Made by a program: the position numbers and the translations under genes
In this document: positions 1-9,874 of the stretch, piece by piece
Layout: each line of letters opens with the position of its first letter
Position numbering within the stretch: position 1 is the stretch's first letter
Notes under the pieces: model-generated
The model's input: only the letters and a program-made list of their open reading frames with translations
What the model was told of the DNA's origin: nothing
The model's database searches: none
Origin: Escherichia phage vB_EcoS_AHP42
Reading direction: 5' to 3' (one strand)
DNA: 46,847 nucleotides
Sequence record: NC_024793.1

Positions 1-516
1 ATGTCAGAAGAGAAAAAGATTCACCAGAAGATTGGCAACTTCAAGGAGCTATACAATAAGAAGTATGGCGACATTGCCAATCTAAAGATTAACCACAGGT
101 ACACTCCTGAGCAGGTATTCGACATGGCCGTAAGGTATTTCAGCTGGGCTGAAGAGCAAGCGATTAAGGCCATTGAAACGGCGAGCTTTCAGGGTGTTGT
201 AACGGAAAACCTTGTTCATAAGCCACGAATATTTACGATAACTGGATTCCAACTTTTCTGCGGCGTTGGTCATAATGCCATCAGTAAATGGCGCTCTTCG
301 CCTGGATTTGATGAGGTGATGGAGTTTGTGGATTCGGTAATCTTTGAGCAGAAGTATCAGCTTGGCGTTAACAACATCGTCAACCCTGGACTGATTGGCA
401 AGGACTTAGGCATCGATAAGCCGCAAGAGGTTAACATCAACAATGCTTCCAATGCAGTAGTGAACGATGAGGAAGCTATGAAGGCTGCGCTTGAATCAAT
501 AGTTGATAAACTTTGA
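1..516 (+). CDS. putative terminase small subunit
   Basis: 171-aa ORF directly upstream of the large terminase; RBS AGGAGG is supplied by the window 3' end if the genome is circular. Function is from position and size only. Confidence 0.5.
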   Translation: MSEEKKIHQKIGNFKELYNKKYGDIANLKINHRYTPEQVFDMAVRYFSWAEEQAIKAIETASFQGVVTENLVHKPRIFTITGFQLFCGVGHNAISKWRSSPGFDEVMEFVDSVIFEQKYQLGVNNIVNPGLIGKDLGIDKPQEVNINNASNAVVNDEEAMKAALESIVDKL

Positions 517-531
517 TATGTTGATATAATT

Positions 532-560
532 ACCCCATTCAATAAACGAGTGGGGTTTTT
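532..560 (+). terminator. rho-independent terminator
   Basis: Hairpin ACCCCATTCAATAAACGAGTGGGGT followed by a T-run. Confidence 0.55.
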
Positions 561-561
561 T

Positions 562-1077
562 ATGTTAGATAGAGCGAAGCCTATGCCGCCTCTGGATTTT
601 CTTAGAGGAATTCTGAGTTACAATCCTGAAACGGGAAAGCTAACGTGGACATCAAAAGTAAGTAGCAAAACCATAATCGGATCCGAGGCTGGGACTTTGC
701 ACAAAGCTAGCGGTCGATATCAAGTACAGATACAAGGGAAGATATACAAGAGCTCAAGGATTGCATTTTATTTGTATTATGGCTTTGAGCCAGTTGGCGC
801 GGTTGACCACATAAATCGTGACCCATCAGACGATAGGATTTCTAATCTTAGGGATGCATCGCTTAGCCAAAACGGAATGAATAAGTCTATGATGAGCAAT
901 AATACATCTGGCTACAAAGGTGTTAGCTACTCAAAGAGAAGGAATGAGTATATTGCATATGTGAAAATAAATGGAAAAATGATGTTTGGAGGTTGGTTTA
1001 AGAAAAAAGAAGAAGCAGCAAAGGTGGCGGCATCAATGAGGGAGAGTATACATGGGGAGTTCTGCAATCATGAGTGA
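562..1077 (+). CDS. HNH endonuclease with AP2-like domain
   Basis: HNH motif DHINRDPSDDRISNLRDAS plus AP2-like GYKGVSYSKRRNEYIAYVKINGKMMFGGWF. The track start at 550 is a GTG inside the upstream terminator hairpin, so the ATG at 562 is used. Confidence 0.7.
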   Translation: MLDRAKPMPPLDFLRGILSYNPETGKLTWTSKVSSKTIIGSEAGTLHKASGRYQVQIQGKIYKSSRIAFYLYYGFEPVGAVDHINRDPSDDRISNLRDASLSQNGMNKSMMSNNTSGYKGVSYSKRRNEYIAYVKINGKMMFGGWFKKKEEAAKVAASMRESIHGEFCNHE

Positions 1078-2641
1078 AATAATTGTATGGGAAGACTTAA
1101 CATACCCAGAAAAGCTAGCTATAAAGGCACTATCAACTCATAGCTTCGAGGGTTTCTTAAGGGTGTGGTTTCAAATAAGTCAATCTGAGCGTTATATTCC
1201 TAACTGGCACCATAAGTACCTCTGTAGAATCATCGATGAGGTTATTAGCGGTCAACGCAGAGATACAATCATTAACGTAGCTCCCGGGGCCGGAAAAACC
1301 GAGATTACATCCATTCACTTCCCAGTATACTCAATGCTTAAACTAAAGAAGGTTCGCAATCTTAGCCTGTCATTCTCAGATAGCCTCGTGAAGCGTAACT
1401 CTAAACGGGTTCGTGACCTTATCAAATCGACAGAATTCCAGGAGTTGTGGCCCTGCAAGTTTGGCACATGTAAGGATGATGAGATTCAGGTTCTTGATGA
1501 TTCTGGTAAGGTTAAGTTTGAATCAATATCAAAAGCAATTGGCGGTCAGATTACAGGCGCTCGCGGTGGATATATTACAGATAACTATAGCGGCTGTTTG
1601 ATGCTTGATGATGTAGACAAAGCGGATGATATGTTCAGCAAAGTCAGGCGAGAGGCCGTGCACACTCTTCTCAAAAACACCATTCGCTCACGTAGGGCGA
1701 GTAGCGTTAAAGGTAAAGCTACGCCAATTCTGTCAATTCAGCAAAGGCTTCATACTCAGGATTCAACGTGGTTCATGACTTCTGGTGGTATGGGTATCGA
1801 CTTTGATGTAGTGAAGATACCGGCGCTGGTCACTGAAGAATATGTGAATGAACTCCCTGACTGGATTCGTGAGCAGTTCGAGAAGGACGTGCTTTCATCC
1901 GAGTACGTCGAGCGAGATGGTGTTAAGTATTACAGCTACTTCCCGCAGAAGGAATCTGTGCATGACTTGATGGCAATGTGGGACTCAGATCCGTACACAT
2001 TCCTAAGCCAGTACCAACAATCTCCAGTAGCTCTGGGTGGAAACCTGATCAACGTAGATTGGTTTGCTCGCCTCGATGAGAATAACAGGCCGCCAGTCAA
2101 GTATGACTACCGTTTCATTACGGCTGATACTGCCATGACCACTAAGAGTTATAGCGACTACTCAGTATTCCAGCTATGGGGGCGCAAAGATAACAGGCTT
2201 TATCTTCTGGATATGGTAAGGGGTAAATGGGAAGCACCTGAACTTGAGCAAACTCTTCTGGACTTTGAGGGTAAGCATAGAGCAGCTAGTAAGACAGATG
2301 GTATATTGCGCAAGGTTATTATCGAGAAGAAAGCGTCTGGAATAGGACTTATCCAGTCGGCGGGTCGGGTAATGCGAACTCCTATCGAGCCTTTCGTTCC
2401 AGATACAGATAAGTTAACCAGGGTGATGAGCGCACTGCCACAGATTAAAGCTGGTAACGTAGTTCTGCCTGACTCTGCGCCATGGCTTACCTCGCTATTA
2501 ACCGAGTTCTCGGCGTTCACTGCTGACGATTCTCATCCCCATGATGACATTGTGGATACGACAACAATGGCCATCAACTGTGAATTGAACTTGAGTGACG
2601 ATCCGAGAGCCCGCTTAATGAGGCTAGCTGGCGTTAAGTAA
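1052..2641 (+). CDS. terminase large subunit
   Basis: 529 aa with ATPase P-loop-like VAPGAGKTE and a C-terminal nuclease-like region; followed by a terminator. Start may be 1070, where ATGA overlaps the HNH stop. Confidence 0.85.
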   Translation: MGSSAIMSEIIVWEDLTYPEKLAIKALSTHSFEGFLRVWFQISQSERYIPNWHHKYLCRIIDEVISGQRRDTIINVAPGAGKTEITSIHFPVYSMLKLKKVRNLSLSFSDSLVKRNSKRVRDLIKSTEFQELWPCKFGTCKDDEIQVLDDSGKVKFESISKAIGGQITGARGGYITDNYSGCLMLDDVDKADDMFSKVRREAVHTLLKNTIRSRRASSVKGKATPILSIQQRLHTQDSTWFMTSGGMGIDFDVVKIPALVTEEYVNELPDWIREQFEKDVLSSEYVERDGVKYYSYFPQKESVHDLMAMWDSDPYTFLSQYQQSPVALGGNLINVDWFARLDENNRPPVKYDYRFITADTAMTTKSYSDYSVFQLWGRKDNRLYLLDMVRGKWEAPELEQTLLDFEGKHRAASKTDGILRKVIIEKKASGIGLIQSAGRVMRTPIEPFVPDTDKLTRVMSALPQIKAGNVVLPDSAPWLTSLLTEFSAFTADDSHPHDDIVDTTTMAINCELNLSDDPRARLMRLAGVK

Positions 2642-2653
2642 TCATGATAAACT

Positions 2654-2677
2654 GCCCCTTACTCAGGGGCTTTTTTA
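2654..2677 (+). terminator. rho-independent terminator
   Basis: GCCCCTT-ACTC-AGGGGC followed by TTTTTT. Confidence 0.7.
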
Positions 2678-2690
2678 TTGGAGAAATTAC

Positions 2691-3965
2691 ATGGTAAAAG
2701 CAGACAGCTACGCAAACATCTTTCTTAGCGGGAGTGATGGTAGTGAGGTTTACGGAAAGTTTGGCAGCCTTGGCCTAACAGCGCCAGCGCAGCTTGAGCA
2801 ACTTTATGTCAGCAGCGCTCTGGTTCGTCGAATTATTGATATCGTTCCAGAGGTCGCACTTGGCGCAGGCTTTAGTATTGAAGGTATCGACGACGAAGGT
2901 GCTTTCTGGTCGCGATGGGATGATTTAGGCCTTTCAGATAACGTAATCGACGCACTAGCCTGGGCGAGACTATACGGTGGCGCTGCTGTAGTGGCAATTG
3001 TGAAGGATGGAAGGGCGCTAACCAGCCCGGTTCGTGAAGGTGCGGAACTTGAAACAGTTCGCGTATACGACCGTCAGCAAATTAAGGTCCAGACTCGCGA
3101 GGAGAATCCACGTAACGCGCGTTTTGGTAAGCCATTAACTTACCGCATCACGCCAAACGGGTCGGCAACGTTCTACGATGTGCACTATACACGCTGTCAC
3201 ATCATTGATGGCGAGCGAGTACCTAACAACCTACGTCGTAATAACGATGGCTGGGGCGCAAGCGTACTAACTGGTGACTTAATTGACGCGATTGACGACT
3301 ATCAGAACTGTGAGCGACTGGCTACTCAGTTACTTCGTCGTAAACAGCAGGCGGTGTGGAAAGCAAAAGGCCTTGCTGACTTATGTGATGATTCAGATGG
3401 ATTTGGAGCAGCTCGTTTACGTCTGGCTCAGGTGGATAATAACAGTGGCGTTGGTCAGGCTATCGGGATTGACGCGGATAGTGAAGAGTACAACGTTCTC
3501 AACTCAGATATTGGCGGTATTGATACATTTCTGAGTCAGAAGTTCGATCGAATCGTTGCTCTGAGCGGTATTCATGAGATTATCCTTAAGGGTAAGAATG
3601 TTGGTGGTGTGTCAGCAAGCCAGAACACTGCTCTAGAGACTTTCTACGGTTATGTTGACCGTAAGCGCAAGGCTGAATTATTGCCTCTGCTTGAGTTCCT
3701 GCTGCCGTTCATCGTAACCGAGCAAGAGTGGTCAGTAGAATTTAACCCTCTATCGCAGGTTAGTGACAAGGATAAATCTGAGATTCTTGAGAAGAACGTC
3801 AATTCAGTTGCCGCATTGATTGCAGCTGGAATCATTGACGCAGACGAAGCAAGAGATACGTTGCGCGCAATTTCAACTGAGGTTAAGATTGGCGAAGGCT
3901 CAATTCAAACGGAGGTTGTAATTAATGAATCAGAAGACCCGCTGGATGTATCCGCAAATAATTGA
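2691..3965 (+). CDS. portal protein
   Basis: 424 aa directly after the large terminase; size and order are typical of a siphovirus portal. Confidence 0.75.
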   Translation: MVKADSYANIFLSGSDGSEVYGKFGSLGLTAPAQLEQLYVSSALVRRIIDIVPEVALGAGFSIEGIDDEGAFWSRWDDLGLSDNVIDALAWARLYGGAAVVAIVKDGRALTSPVREGAELETVRVYDRQQIKVQTREENPRNARFGKPLTYRITPNGSATFYDVHYTRCHIIDGERVPNNLRRNNDGWGASVLTGDLIDAIDDYQNCERLATQLLRRKQQAVWKAKGLADLCDDSDGFGAARLRLAQVDNNSGVGQAIGIDADSEEYNVLNSDIGGIDTFLSQKFDRIVALSGIHEIILKGKNVGGVSASQNTALETFYGYVDRKRKAELLPLLEFLLPFIVTEQEWSVEFNPLSQVSDKDKSEILEKNVNSVAALIAAGIIDADEARDTLRAISTEVKIGEGSIQTEVVINESEDPLDVSANN

Positions 3966-4689
3966 GAGCCAGATTAACCGCAGCCTTTTGGTTGCGGTAT
4001 CTGAACTTATTGAGCAAATGAAGTTATCTGCAAAGAGGCTAAAAATTGACACAGCGCAGGAGATTGAAGAGGAAGATTCAGACCTTTCAGATGTAATCTC
4101 AGCGCTGCTATCTGGTTTTGTTTCCACTCTGCCTGCGCTGGCACTAGCAATATATCGTTATAACTCGGCGCAATTCCTTAAGGTGGCCAACAACTCCGGA
4201 GGTAAGAATAATCCTGTAGTTCTTGCGCTAGGATTGTATGGTATTAACGCGGATGAACCATGGTGGCTCGACACCAGGAACTCCTGGATTGTTGGCACGC
4301 AGTTAAGTGCATCAAAGCTGCTAAACAACATCAAGGATGATTTCATAAACAACGCCATTACTGCGCAGGCTGGTAACACTGTTGACCTTGATGATAGATA
4401 CCGAATCTACAGAAAGAGAACAGCAAATATCGCTGCTGGAATTACAGGGTCTCTAAACTCAAACCTTATGCGGAGAAGGCTTGAAGATGCCGGTGTATCT
4501 CAGTATGTTTGGCGTGGTAGACTTGACGACAAAGAGCGACCATCTCACGTTCTGCGTGAGGGGGTTAGCTTTAAATCAGATGGTTCGGACGCTGGAAAAC
4601 TTGACGGCCTTGCGATATTCCCCGGTCAGCAATACGGGTGTCGTTGCTGGGCTGTTCCTAAATGGGAGAATTTAATTAATGAAGAGTAA
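3925..4689 (+). CDS. head morphogenesis protein (Mu F / SPP1 gp7-like)
   Basis: Overlaps the portal end; C-terminal GQQYGCRCWAV resembles the Mu-F-like minor head protein signature. Confidence 0.65.
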   Translation: MNQKTRWMYPQIIESQINRSLLVAVSELIEQMKLSAKRLKIDTAQEIEEEDSDLSDVISALLSGFVSTLPALALAIYRYNSAQFLKVANNSGGKNNPVVLALGLYGINADEPWWLDTRNSWIVGTQLSASKLLNNIKDDFINNAITAQAGNTVDLDDRYRIYRKRTANIAAGITGSLNSNLMRRRLEDAGVSQYVWRGRLDDKERPSHVLREGVSFKSDGSDAGKLDGLAIFPGQQYGCRCWAVPKWENLINEE

Positions 4690-5800
4690 AATGCGTTATG
4701 ATAGCGCCAAGGTAAAAGCCCGTTTCGATGAGAACGGTTTTCTCGTGGACACACCAGTGGTTGCTCGCGTAGGTGTACAAACCTACTATATGCCAGATGG
4801 TTCAGAGCGCCGAGAGTTCCGTCCGGCTTCAGAGGTTTTTAAAGCCGATTCGCTGCAAAGTTACCAGGGTAAGCCGCTTACTCTTGGTCACGTGGTTGTA
4901 AACTCTGAAAATGCTAAAGAGGTGGTTGTTGGTTCTGTATCTGGGTCAGCAATGCGTCAGGACTCGGCAGTGATTGTTCCTCTTACCGTTTACGACAAGG
5001 AAGCAATTGAGAAGGCCAAGTCTGGCGTTGCTGGTGAGCTCTCTGTTGGCTACAACACTGTTGACATTGAGTCTCCTGGCTGGGGTAGTAATGAAACGGG
5101 TGAGTACAAGCTTGATGGAGAGTACGCAAGCCAGGATGAGATTCCTGCTGATTGGGTACGCTTTGATGCGCTACAGACGAATATCGTTGTTAATCATATC
5201 GCACTCGTATATAAAGGTCGCGCAGGTATTGCTAAACTCAATCTGGACGCGGAACAGGAAAACCCGTATACTGATACCGTTCAATCAAATAAAGAGGATA
5301 AATTGATGATTAAGATTAAACTCGATGGCGAACAGGAGTTCGAAATCGCCCCGGAAGTTGCTAACCACATCGAAGCTGTTAAGGCAGATGCGGAGCAGGC
5401 TAAAGCCAAAGCTGACACTCTGGAAGCTGAGCGCGATGCACTGAAAGCTAAAGTTGATGGCATTCCTGCCGAAATCGAAGCTGCCGTAGCCAAAGCTAAA
5501 GCTGACGCTGATGAGCTGGCAACTCTGGTTGCAGTTGCCGCAGAAGCTGGCGTTAAATGTGACGGCCTGGATGCTAAAGCAATCAAAGTTGCTTACGTTA
5601 AAGAAGTCTCTGGCCTGGATGTTTCTGAGAAATCTGACGCGTATATTGACGCAGCGTTCGACATTGCCAAAGAATCTGATAAAATGGCTGAAGTTCGTAA
5701 GGCTACCGTAGCCTCTGATAAATCTGACAGCAAAGAAGAGTTGACGCTTATTGATCCGCGCGCTCGAATTGCTAAAGCTAAATCCAATAAGGAGAAATAA
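4679..5800 (+). CDS. putative prohead protease / scaffold protein
   Basis: N-terminal globular half followed by an Ala/Lys/Glu-rich coiled-coil-like half (AKAKADTLEAERDALKAKVD); sits between the portal/head genes and the capsid gene. Confidence 0.5.
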   Translation: MKSKMRYDSAKVKARFDENGFLVDTPVVARVGVQTYYMPDGSERREFRPASEVFKADSLQSYQGKPLTLGHVVVNSENAKEVVVGSVSGSAMRQDSAVIVPLTVYDKEAIEKAKSGVAGELSVGYNTVDIESPGWGSNETGEYKLDGEYASQDEIPADWVRFDALQTNIVVNHIALVYKGRAGIAKLNLDAEQENPYTDTVQSNKEDKLMIKIKLDGEQEFEIAPEVANHIEAVKADAEQAKAKADTLEAERDALKAKVDGIPAEIEAAVAKAKADADELATLVAVAAEAGVKCDGLDAKAIKVAYVKEVSGLDVSEKSDAYIDAAFDIAKESDKMAEVRKATVASDKSDSKEELTLIDPRARIAKAKSNKEK

Positions 5801-5802
5801 TA

Positions 5803-6297
5803 ATGGCATTTCGTCAAGCAGCATTAGCGGGTATGGTATCTGATACCTCTCTTTACAATATCGATGGCGCGTGCGTTCTAGGTGGCACCGATCAGGTGCA
5901 GGTTGGTCAGGCAGTTGGTGTTAGCGAAGTTGAAGTTACTGGAACTAGCTCATCTGGTGCAGGTCATAAAACTGTAGTTGGTTCTGGCATTACGACCGCT
6001 AACGTTTATGGTGTTGCTGTTCGCTCGCATTATGAAGCTGTTGATGGCTTCTATCGACCGCAAGAGGCAATTAACGTAATGACGGCTGGTAGAATCTGGA
6101 TGAAAACCACACTGTCAGCAGCGCCTGCATTCGGAACTGCAATCACTCTTGATGCGACTGGAATTGTTGTTTCTAGCGGCGCTGTTGAGCCAGCTGGTTG
6201 GACTTTCGCAGGTGGCTTCATTGCTGGCACTGCGGTGCAGGGTCAGCCAGAACCTTATGATGGCGCACTGATTGAAGTTCAGGTTAAGCAGAAATAA
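5803..6297 (+). CDS. putative head decoration or capsid-associated protein
   Basis: 164 aa, Gly/Ala/Val/Thr-rich, coupled to the scaffold gene stop and followed by a strong terminator. Confidence 0.4.
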   Translation: MAFRQAALAGMVSDTSLYNIDGACVLGGTDQVQVGQAVGVSEVEVTGTSSSGAGHKTVVGSGITTANVYGVAVRSHYEAVDGFYRPQEAINVMTAGRIWMKTTLSAAPAFGTAITLDATGIVVSSGAVEPAGWTFAGGFIAGTAVQGQPEPYDGALIEVQVKQK

Positions 6298-6313
6298 TTA
6301 ACCGTGTAAATAT

Positions 6314-6336
6314 AACCCGCTTCGGCGGGTTTTTTA
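6314..6336 (+). terminator. rho-independent terminator
   Basis: CCCGC-TTCG-GCGGG tetraloop hairpin followed by TTTTTT. Confidence 0.75.
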
Positions 6337-6391
6337 TTGCCAAAATTCTGTTACAATCATTAAGACTATTAACCGATATGGAGTAAATGAA

Positions 6392-6865
6392 ATGGCTTTA
6401 GAGTTTATGGAAGTTGTAGCTAAGACTTACGGCGACCTGGAGAGGTTAGTAAAGGCAAAAATGCTGGAAGGATGGATGCCATTTGATAGCTTAATTAACA
6501 ATAGATTTACTATCGCAATTGTTATGGTTAAGGGTAGTGATGCGCAGCTTACCGACTTTAGGATTCTCGGTGATAGCACTAGAGTTAAATTAATAAGCAA
6601 GGCTAACAAATTAATTGCTGATGACCCTGAGTGGGAGGTTTTCGGTCACCCTCAAATATTTGGCGCTGACGATTACATAGTTTCATTATCAAAAGGCTTT
6701 AAGGGAACTACTGGTAGGGATGGCATGGCTGGCCCACAAGGACCGCAAGGACCGCGCGGCGAAGTTGGCCCACAAGGTCCGCAGGGTGAAAAAGGAGATA
6801 CTGGACCTCAGGGACTAAAAGGTGATAAAGGTGATAAGGGTGATCCAGGAGCGCTCGTAACATGA
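6392..6865 (+). CDS. collagen-like repeat protein
   Basis: C-terminal run of about 15 G-X-Y triplets ([40 protein letters not shown]). Ends at a TGA that is in frame with the next ORF. Confidence 0.6.
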   Translation: MALEFMEVVAKTYGDLERLVKAKMLEGWMPFDSLINNRFTIAIVMVKGSDAQLTDFRILGDSTRVKLISKANKLIADDPEWEVFGHPQIFGADDYIVSLSKGFKGTTGRDGMAGPQGPQGPRGEVGPQGPQGEKGDTGPQGLKGDKGDKGDPGALVT

Positions 6866-6901
6866 AAAAAATTTAACCTAGTTAACACAGTTGGTTCAGG
6901 G

Positions 6902-7276
6902 GTGGACACTCAATTCCCTGGTATAGCTAACACTTGGTTTAGGGTGCAAGTAACATCATCATCAAGATTTACATTCTTTGCTCTAAAGGAAGGGTCTGGA
7001 ACAACAAGCATTGATGGCGACGTTAAGTACAACGATGAGGATGATACTTATCGCAGGGTTAAGTATTCTGGAGTGTTCACATCGGCATCGAACTACACAT
7101 TTATTAACACAGGATTCGGCGTGACCTCAGCTAGATGTGTAGAGTTTTACACCTATCTAAATGATGGCTCTAGTGGTTATTTTTACAGGGTTGAGGTTTT
7201 CATTGCTGGCAGGCCTGCATTTACCACAATTACACAACCAGACTTCACCGTTAGAATAACAAGACTTGATGCCTAA
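6902..7276 (+). CDS. hypothetical protein, possible readthrough extension of the collagen-like protein
   Basis: Same frame as 6392..6865 with only one TGA between them; GTG start and no clear Shine-Dalgarno; same AGG/AGA-rich codon usage as the upstream ORF. Confidence 0.4.
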   Translation: MDTQFPGIANTWFRVQVTSSSRFTFFALKEGSGTTSIDGDVKYNDEDDTYRRVKYSGVFTSASNYTFINTGFGVTSARCVEFYTYLNDGSSGYFYRVEVFIAGRPAFTTITQPDFTVRITRLDA

Positions 7277-7356
7277 ACTTTATCACCCGCCATTGCGCGG
7301 TCTTAAAACTCGTGTATAATGTCAACGTACACAGTTAACCAAAAGGATAAATAGGA

Positions 7357-8301
7357 ATGACTATTAAGCTAGATGCTTTCGAGCAGAACAAAATCACCGA
7401 ACACCTGCGTAACATGGGTGTTGAAAAAGCTGATGCAGCTGGCATTTGGACCATCAAACAGCTGACTCAGACGCTTAACCGTAACTACGATCGCGAATAT
7501 GCTGAAACGTCTGTAGTTAACCTGTTCCCGGTCACTAACGAAATTGGCGCTTACGCTAAATACTTCGAATACGGCGAAATGGATGGTGTTGGCTTAGCTC
7601 AGATTGTAGCTGATTATTCAGATGATTTGCCGACGGTTGATGCACTGATGCAAGAGAAGCAAGGTAAGGTGTTCCGTTTTGGTAATGCATTCCTGGTTTC
7701 CATCGATGAGATTGCGGCTGGCGCAGCTACTGGTCAATCACTGTCTTCTCGCAAACAGGCTCTTGCATTCGAAGCTCATGACAACCTGCTTGATAAGCTG
7801 GTTTGGAAAGGCTCCGCACCTCACGGCATTAAGTCTGTATTCGATTACGACAACGTAAACCAGGTAGTTCCAAGCGGCGCATGGACTACAGCACAGACTG
7901 CTTACGCTGACGTTAATAGCCTGCTGGATATTATCGAAACAGCAACCCAAGGCATCCATCGAGCTAACAGGCTGCTTCTTCCGGCATCCGCTCGTCGAGT
8001 AATGCAAACTCTGGTCCCGAATACTGGTATTAGCTACTTTGAGTTCTTTGCCCGTAACAACAATGGCGTACAGGTGGAGTTCCTGCAACTCCTTGACAAC
8101 TACGATGGCGCAAACGGCAAGGCTGCAATTGCTTATGAGTACGACCCATTGAACATGAGCATTGAGATTCCAGAAGCTACTCACGTCCTTCCAGCTCAAC
8201 CGAAGGATTTGCACTTCAAGTTTCCTGTAACCTCCAAGTCTACTGGCCTGGTTATCTACCGACCTCTGACCGTTGCAGTAATGAAAGGTATCACCTTCTA
8301 A
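7357..8301 (+). CDS. major capsid protein
   Basis: 314 aa with its own TATAAT-containing upstream region and a strong terminator after it; position is typical of the major capsid gene. Confidence 0.65.
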   Translation: MTIKLDAFEQNKITEHLRNMGVEKADAAGIWTIKQLTQTLNRNYDREYAETSVVNLFPVTNEIGAYAKYFEYGEMDGVGLAQIVADYSDDLPTVDALMQEKQGKVFRFGNAFLVSIDEIAAGAATGQSLSSRKQALAFEAHDNLLDKLVWKGSAPHGIKSVFDYDNVNQVVPSGAWTTAQTAYADVNSLLDIIETATQGIHRANRLLLPASARRVMQTLVPNTGISYFEFFARNNNGVQVEFLQLLDNYDGANGKAAIAYEYDPLNMSIEIPEATHVLPAQPKDLHFKFPVTSKSTGLVIYRPLTVAVMKGITF

Positions 8302-8306
8302 TAAAT

Positions 8307-8331
8307 AGCCCTCTTCGGAGGGCTTTTTTAC
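8307..8331 (+). terminator. rho-independent terminator after the major capsid gene
   Basis: AGCCCTC-TTCG-GAGGGCT followed by TTTTTT. Confidence 0.8.
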
Positions 8332-8391
8332 GTCTGTACTAAATGAATCATAAAGTATATAATTCATTTATAGACTAAACAGGAGGAAAGA

Positions 8392-8640
8392 ATGATTAAG
8401 TTAGAACACGTTGGTGCTTGCCTTATTCGATTTGCTGGAAATGATTACCTGCCAGGACAAGTCATTGAAGTAGAAGAGTTGAATGACGGTTTTAAGCGAT
8501 TGATTGCTGAGGGTCGACTTGAGGTAATGGAAGACCGCAAGGCAACCAAGAAAGTAATTGAAGAAATTGAAAGCAAGAAGGTTAAAAAGAAAGAACCAAA
8601 GACTGTAGACGAAGCTGAAAACGGCGGCGAGTACAAGTAA
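8392..8640 (+). CDS. hypothetical head-associated protein
   Basis: 82 aa with good RBS (AGGAGGAAAGA-ATG) and Lys/Glu-rich C-terminus; bounded by terminators. Confidence 0.5.
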   Translation: MIKLEHVGACLIRFAGNDYLPGQVIEVEELNDGFKRLIAEGRLEVMEDRKATKKVIEEIESKKVKKKEPKTVDEAENGGEYK

Positions 8641-8686
8641 CCAACACGGACGCTTTAGAGCGTCCTTTTTTGTATGGAGATATAAA

Positions 8687-9088
8687 ATGAATGAAGAAGT
8701 AATCGCATATATAAGGCAGCTGTACCCCCCACTTAACAATCAGCCTGATGATGTTCTTAATGCATGGATTGAGGTAGCTAAGCTGTTTATCTGCCTGGAT
8801 AAGTTTGGTGACAAGCAGGTTCAGGCATTAGCTTTCTACACTCTTCACTTGCTTAGTCAGGATATTGCGCTTAAGACTGAGAATGATTCAAGCCAGACAT
8901 CCTCTGACCGGGTTAAGTCCTACTCACTTTCAGGAGAGTACACGATTAGCTATGATACCAGCACTGCTGCCGCGAGCTCATCTAACCTTGAAGCATCCTC
9001 ATGGGGTAAGCTTTACATTGATTTGATGCGTCGCAAGGTTGGCCGCTGGGGTTTGATTACTTCTGGTGGGTCGAGGTGCTGCCGATGA
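8687..9088 (+). CDS. putative head-tail connector (gp6-like)
   Basis: 133 aa, first gene of the neck cluster after the capsid gene. Confidence 0.45.
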   Translation: MNEEVIAYIRQLYPPLNNQPDDVLNAWIEVAKLFICLDKFGDKQVQALAFYTLHLLSQDIALKTENDSSQTSSDRVKSYSLSGEYTISYDTSTAAASSSNLEASSWGKLYIDLMRRKVGRWGLITSGGSRCCR

Positions 9089-9453
9089 ATCATGCATTTT
9101 TGCAGCAGCAAATTAAGGCTGGTATTAATCTCCTGTCAGATGGCGATGGCGTTTTCGAAGCCACGACACAGCCAACCATCTCTATCGTGAATGGCTACGA
9201 AGTGCGCACGCCTGGCACTTCATATACAGTGCGAGGTGTTATACGTGAATTCAAGGCGCGAGACATTGACGGTGACATCATCAAATTCGGTGACCGTCGC
9301 GGAATTTTTACTACTGATTCAGTTGTATCGGAAGGTGACCGCATTTACATTGACCAGGAAGCATACACAGTAATAGACCCGCGACCAGTGAAGCCAACCG
9401 GTACGGTAATCGCCTACAGGCCAGTGCTACGGAGGGCTGCAACTTATGGCTAA
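9076..9453 (+). CDS. putative head-tail joining protein
   Basis: 125 aa, overlaps neighbours on both sides in the neck gene cluster. Confidence 0.4.
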   Translation: MLPMNHAFLQQQIKAGINLLSDGDGVFEATTQPTISIVNGYEVRTPGTSYTVRGVIREFKARDIDGDIIKFGDRRGIFTTDSVVSEGDRIYIDQEAYTVIDPRPVKPTGTVIAYRPVLRRAATYG

Positions 9454-9874
9454 TGATAACCTGCTATTTAAGCTAAAGATTAATGATTGGGCCGATTCAG
9501 TAATGGAGGCGATTCCTGAGATTATTGATGATGCCCTTGATAACGCAGCTAGGGATATCGTTAAGTTGTCTCCTGTTGATACTGGAAGGTTTAGAGGTAA
9601 CTGGCAAGCTACAGGAAACAGGCCATCACTGATTGGTTTGAACAACTATGACAAGGATGGGGCTGATACAATTAAGTCACTAAGAAGGCAAATCCACGCT
9701 CTAGCTAGAGATAAGGCTACGCATACAATCTATATCACCAATGCGCTAACGTATGCGTTACCATTGGAGTTCGGTTATTCTGGTCAGGCACCAAACGGGG
9801 TACTTGGTATCGTCACTAAGAGGCTTGGTTTTTACTTTAATGACGCTATAAGGAAAAAGTCCAATGCACTATGA
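9446..9874 (+). CDS. putative neck/tail component (HK97 gp10-like)
   Basis: 142 aa containing SPVDTGRFRGNW, reminiscent of the HK97 gp10 family. Confidence 0.5.
   Translation: MANDNLLFKLKINDWADSVMEAIPEIIDDALDNAARDIVKLSPVDTGRFRGNWQATGNRPSLIGLNNYDKDGADTIKSLRRQIHALARDKATHTIYITNALTYALPLEFGYSGQAPNGVLGIVTKRLGFYFNDAIRKKSNAL

Noticed and set aside
5285-5824. Minus-strand ORFs of 179, 101 and 74 aa inside the scaffold gene region, and similar antisense ORFs inside other structural genes (for example 82..273, 7738..8367, 12808..13362, 18731..19096).
   Set aside because: They lie wholly within longer, well-supported sense genes, have low-complexity translations and no RBS; treated as shadow ORFs.
6710-6865. 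Tandem-repeat-like DNA (GGNCCNCAAGG units) that could be mistaken for a VNTR or CRISPR repeats.
   Set aside because: Units are 9 bp, in frame, and encode collagen G-X-Y triplets; no spacer-repeat architecture.
8333-8391. Inverted repeat AAATGAAT-N-ATTCATTT upstream of gene 8392 as a possible operator.
   Set aside because: A single AT-rich occurrence not repeated elsewhere; may simply be part of an AT-rich promoter/UP region. Low confidence, not reported as a finding.
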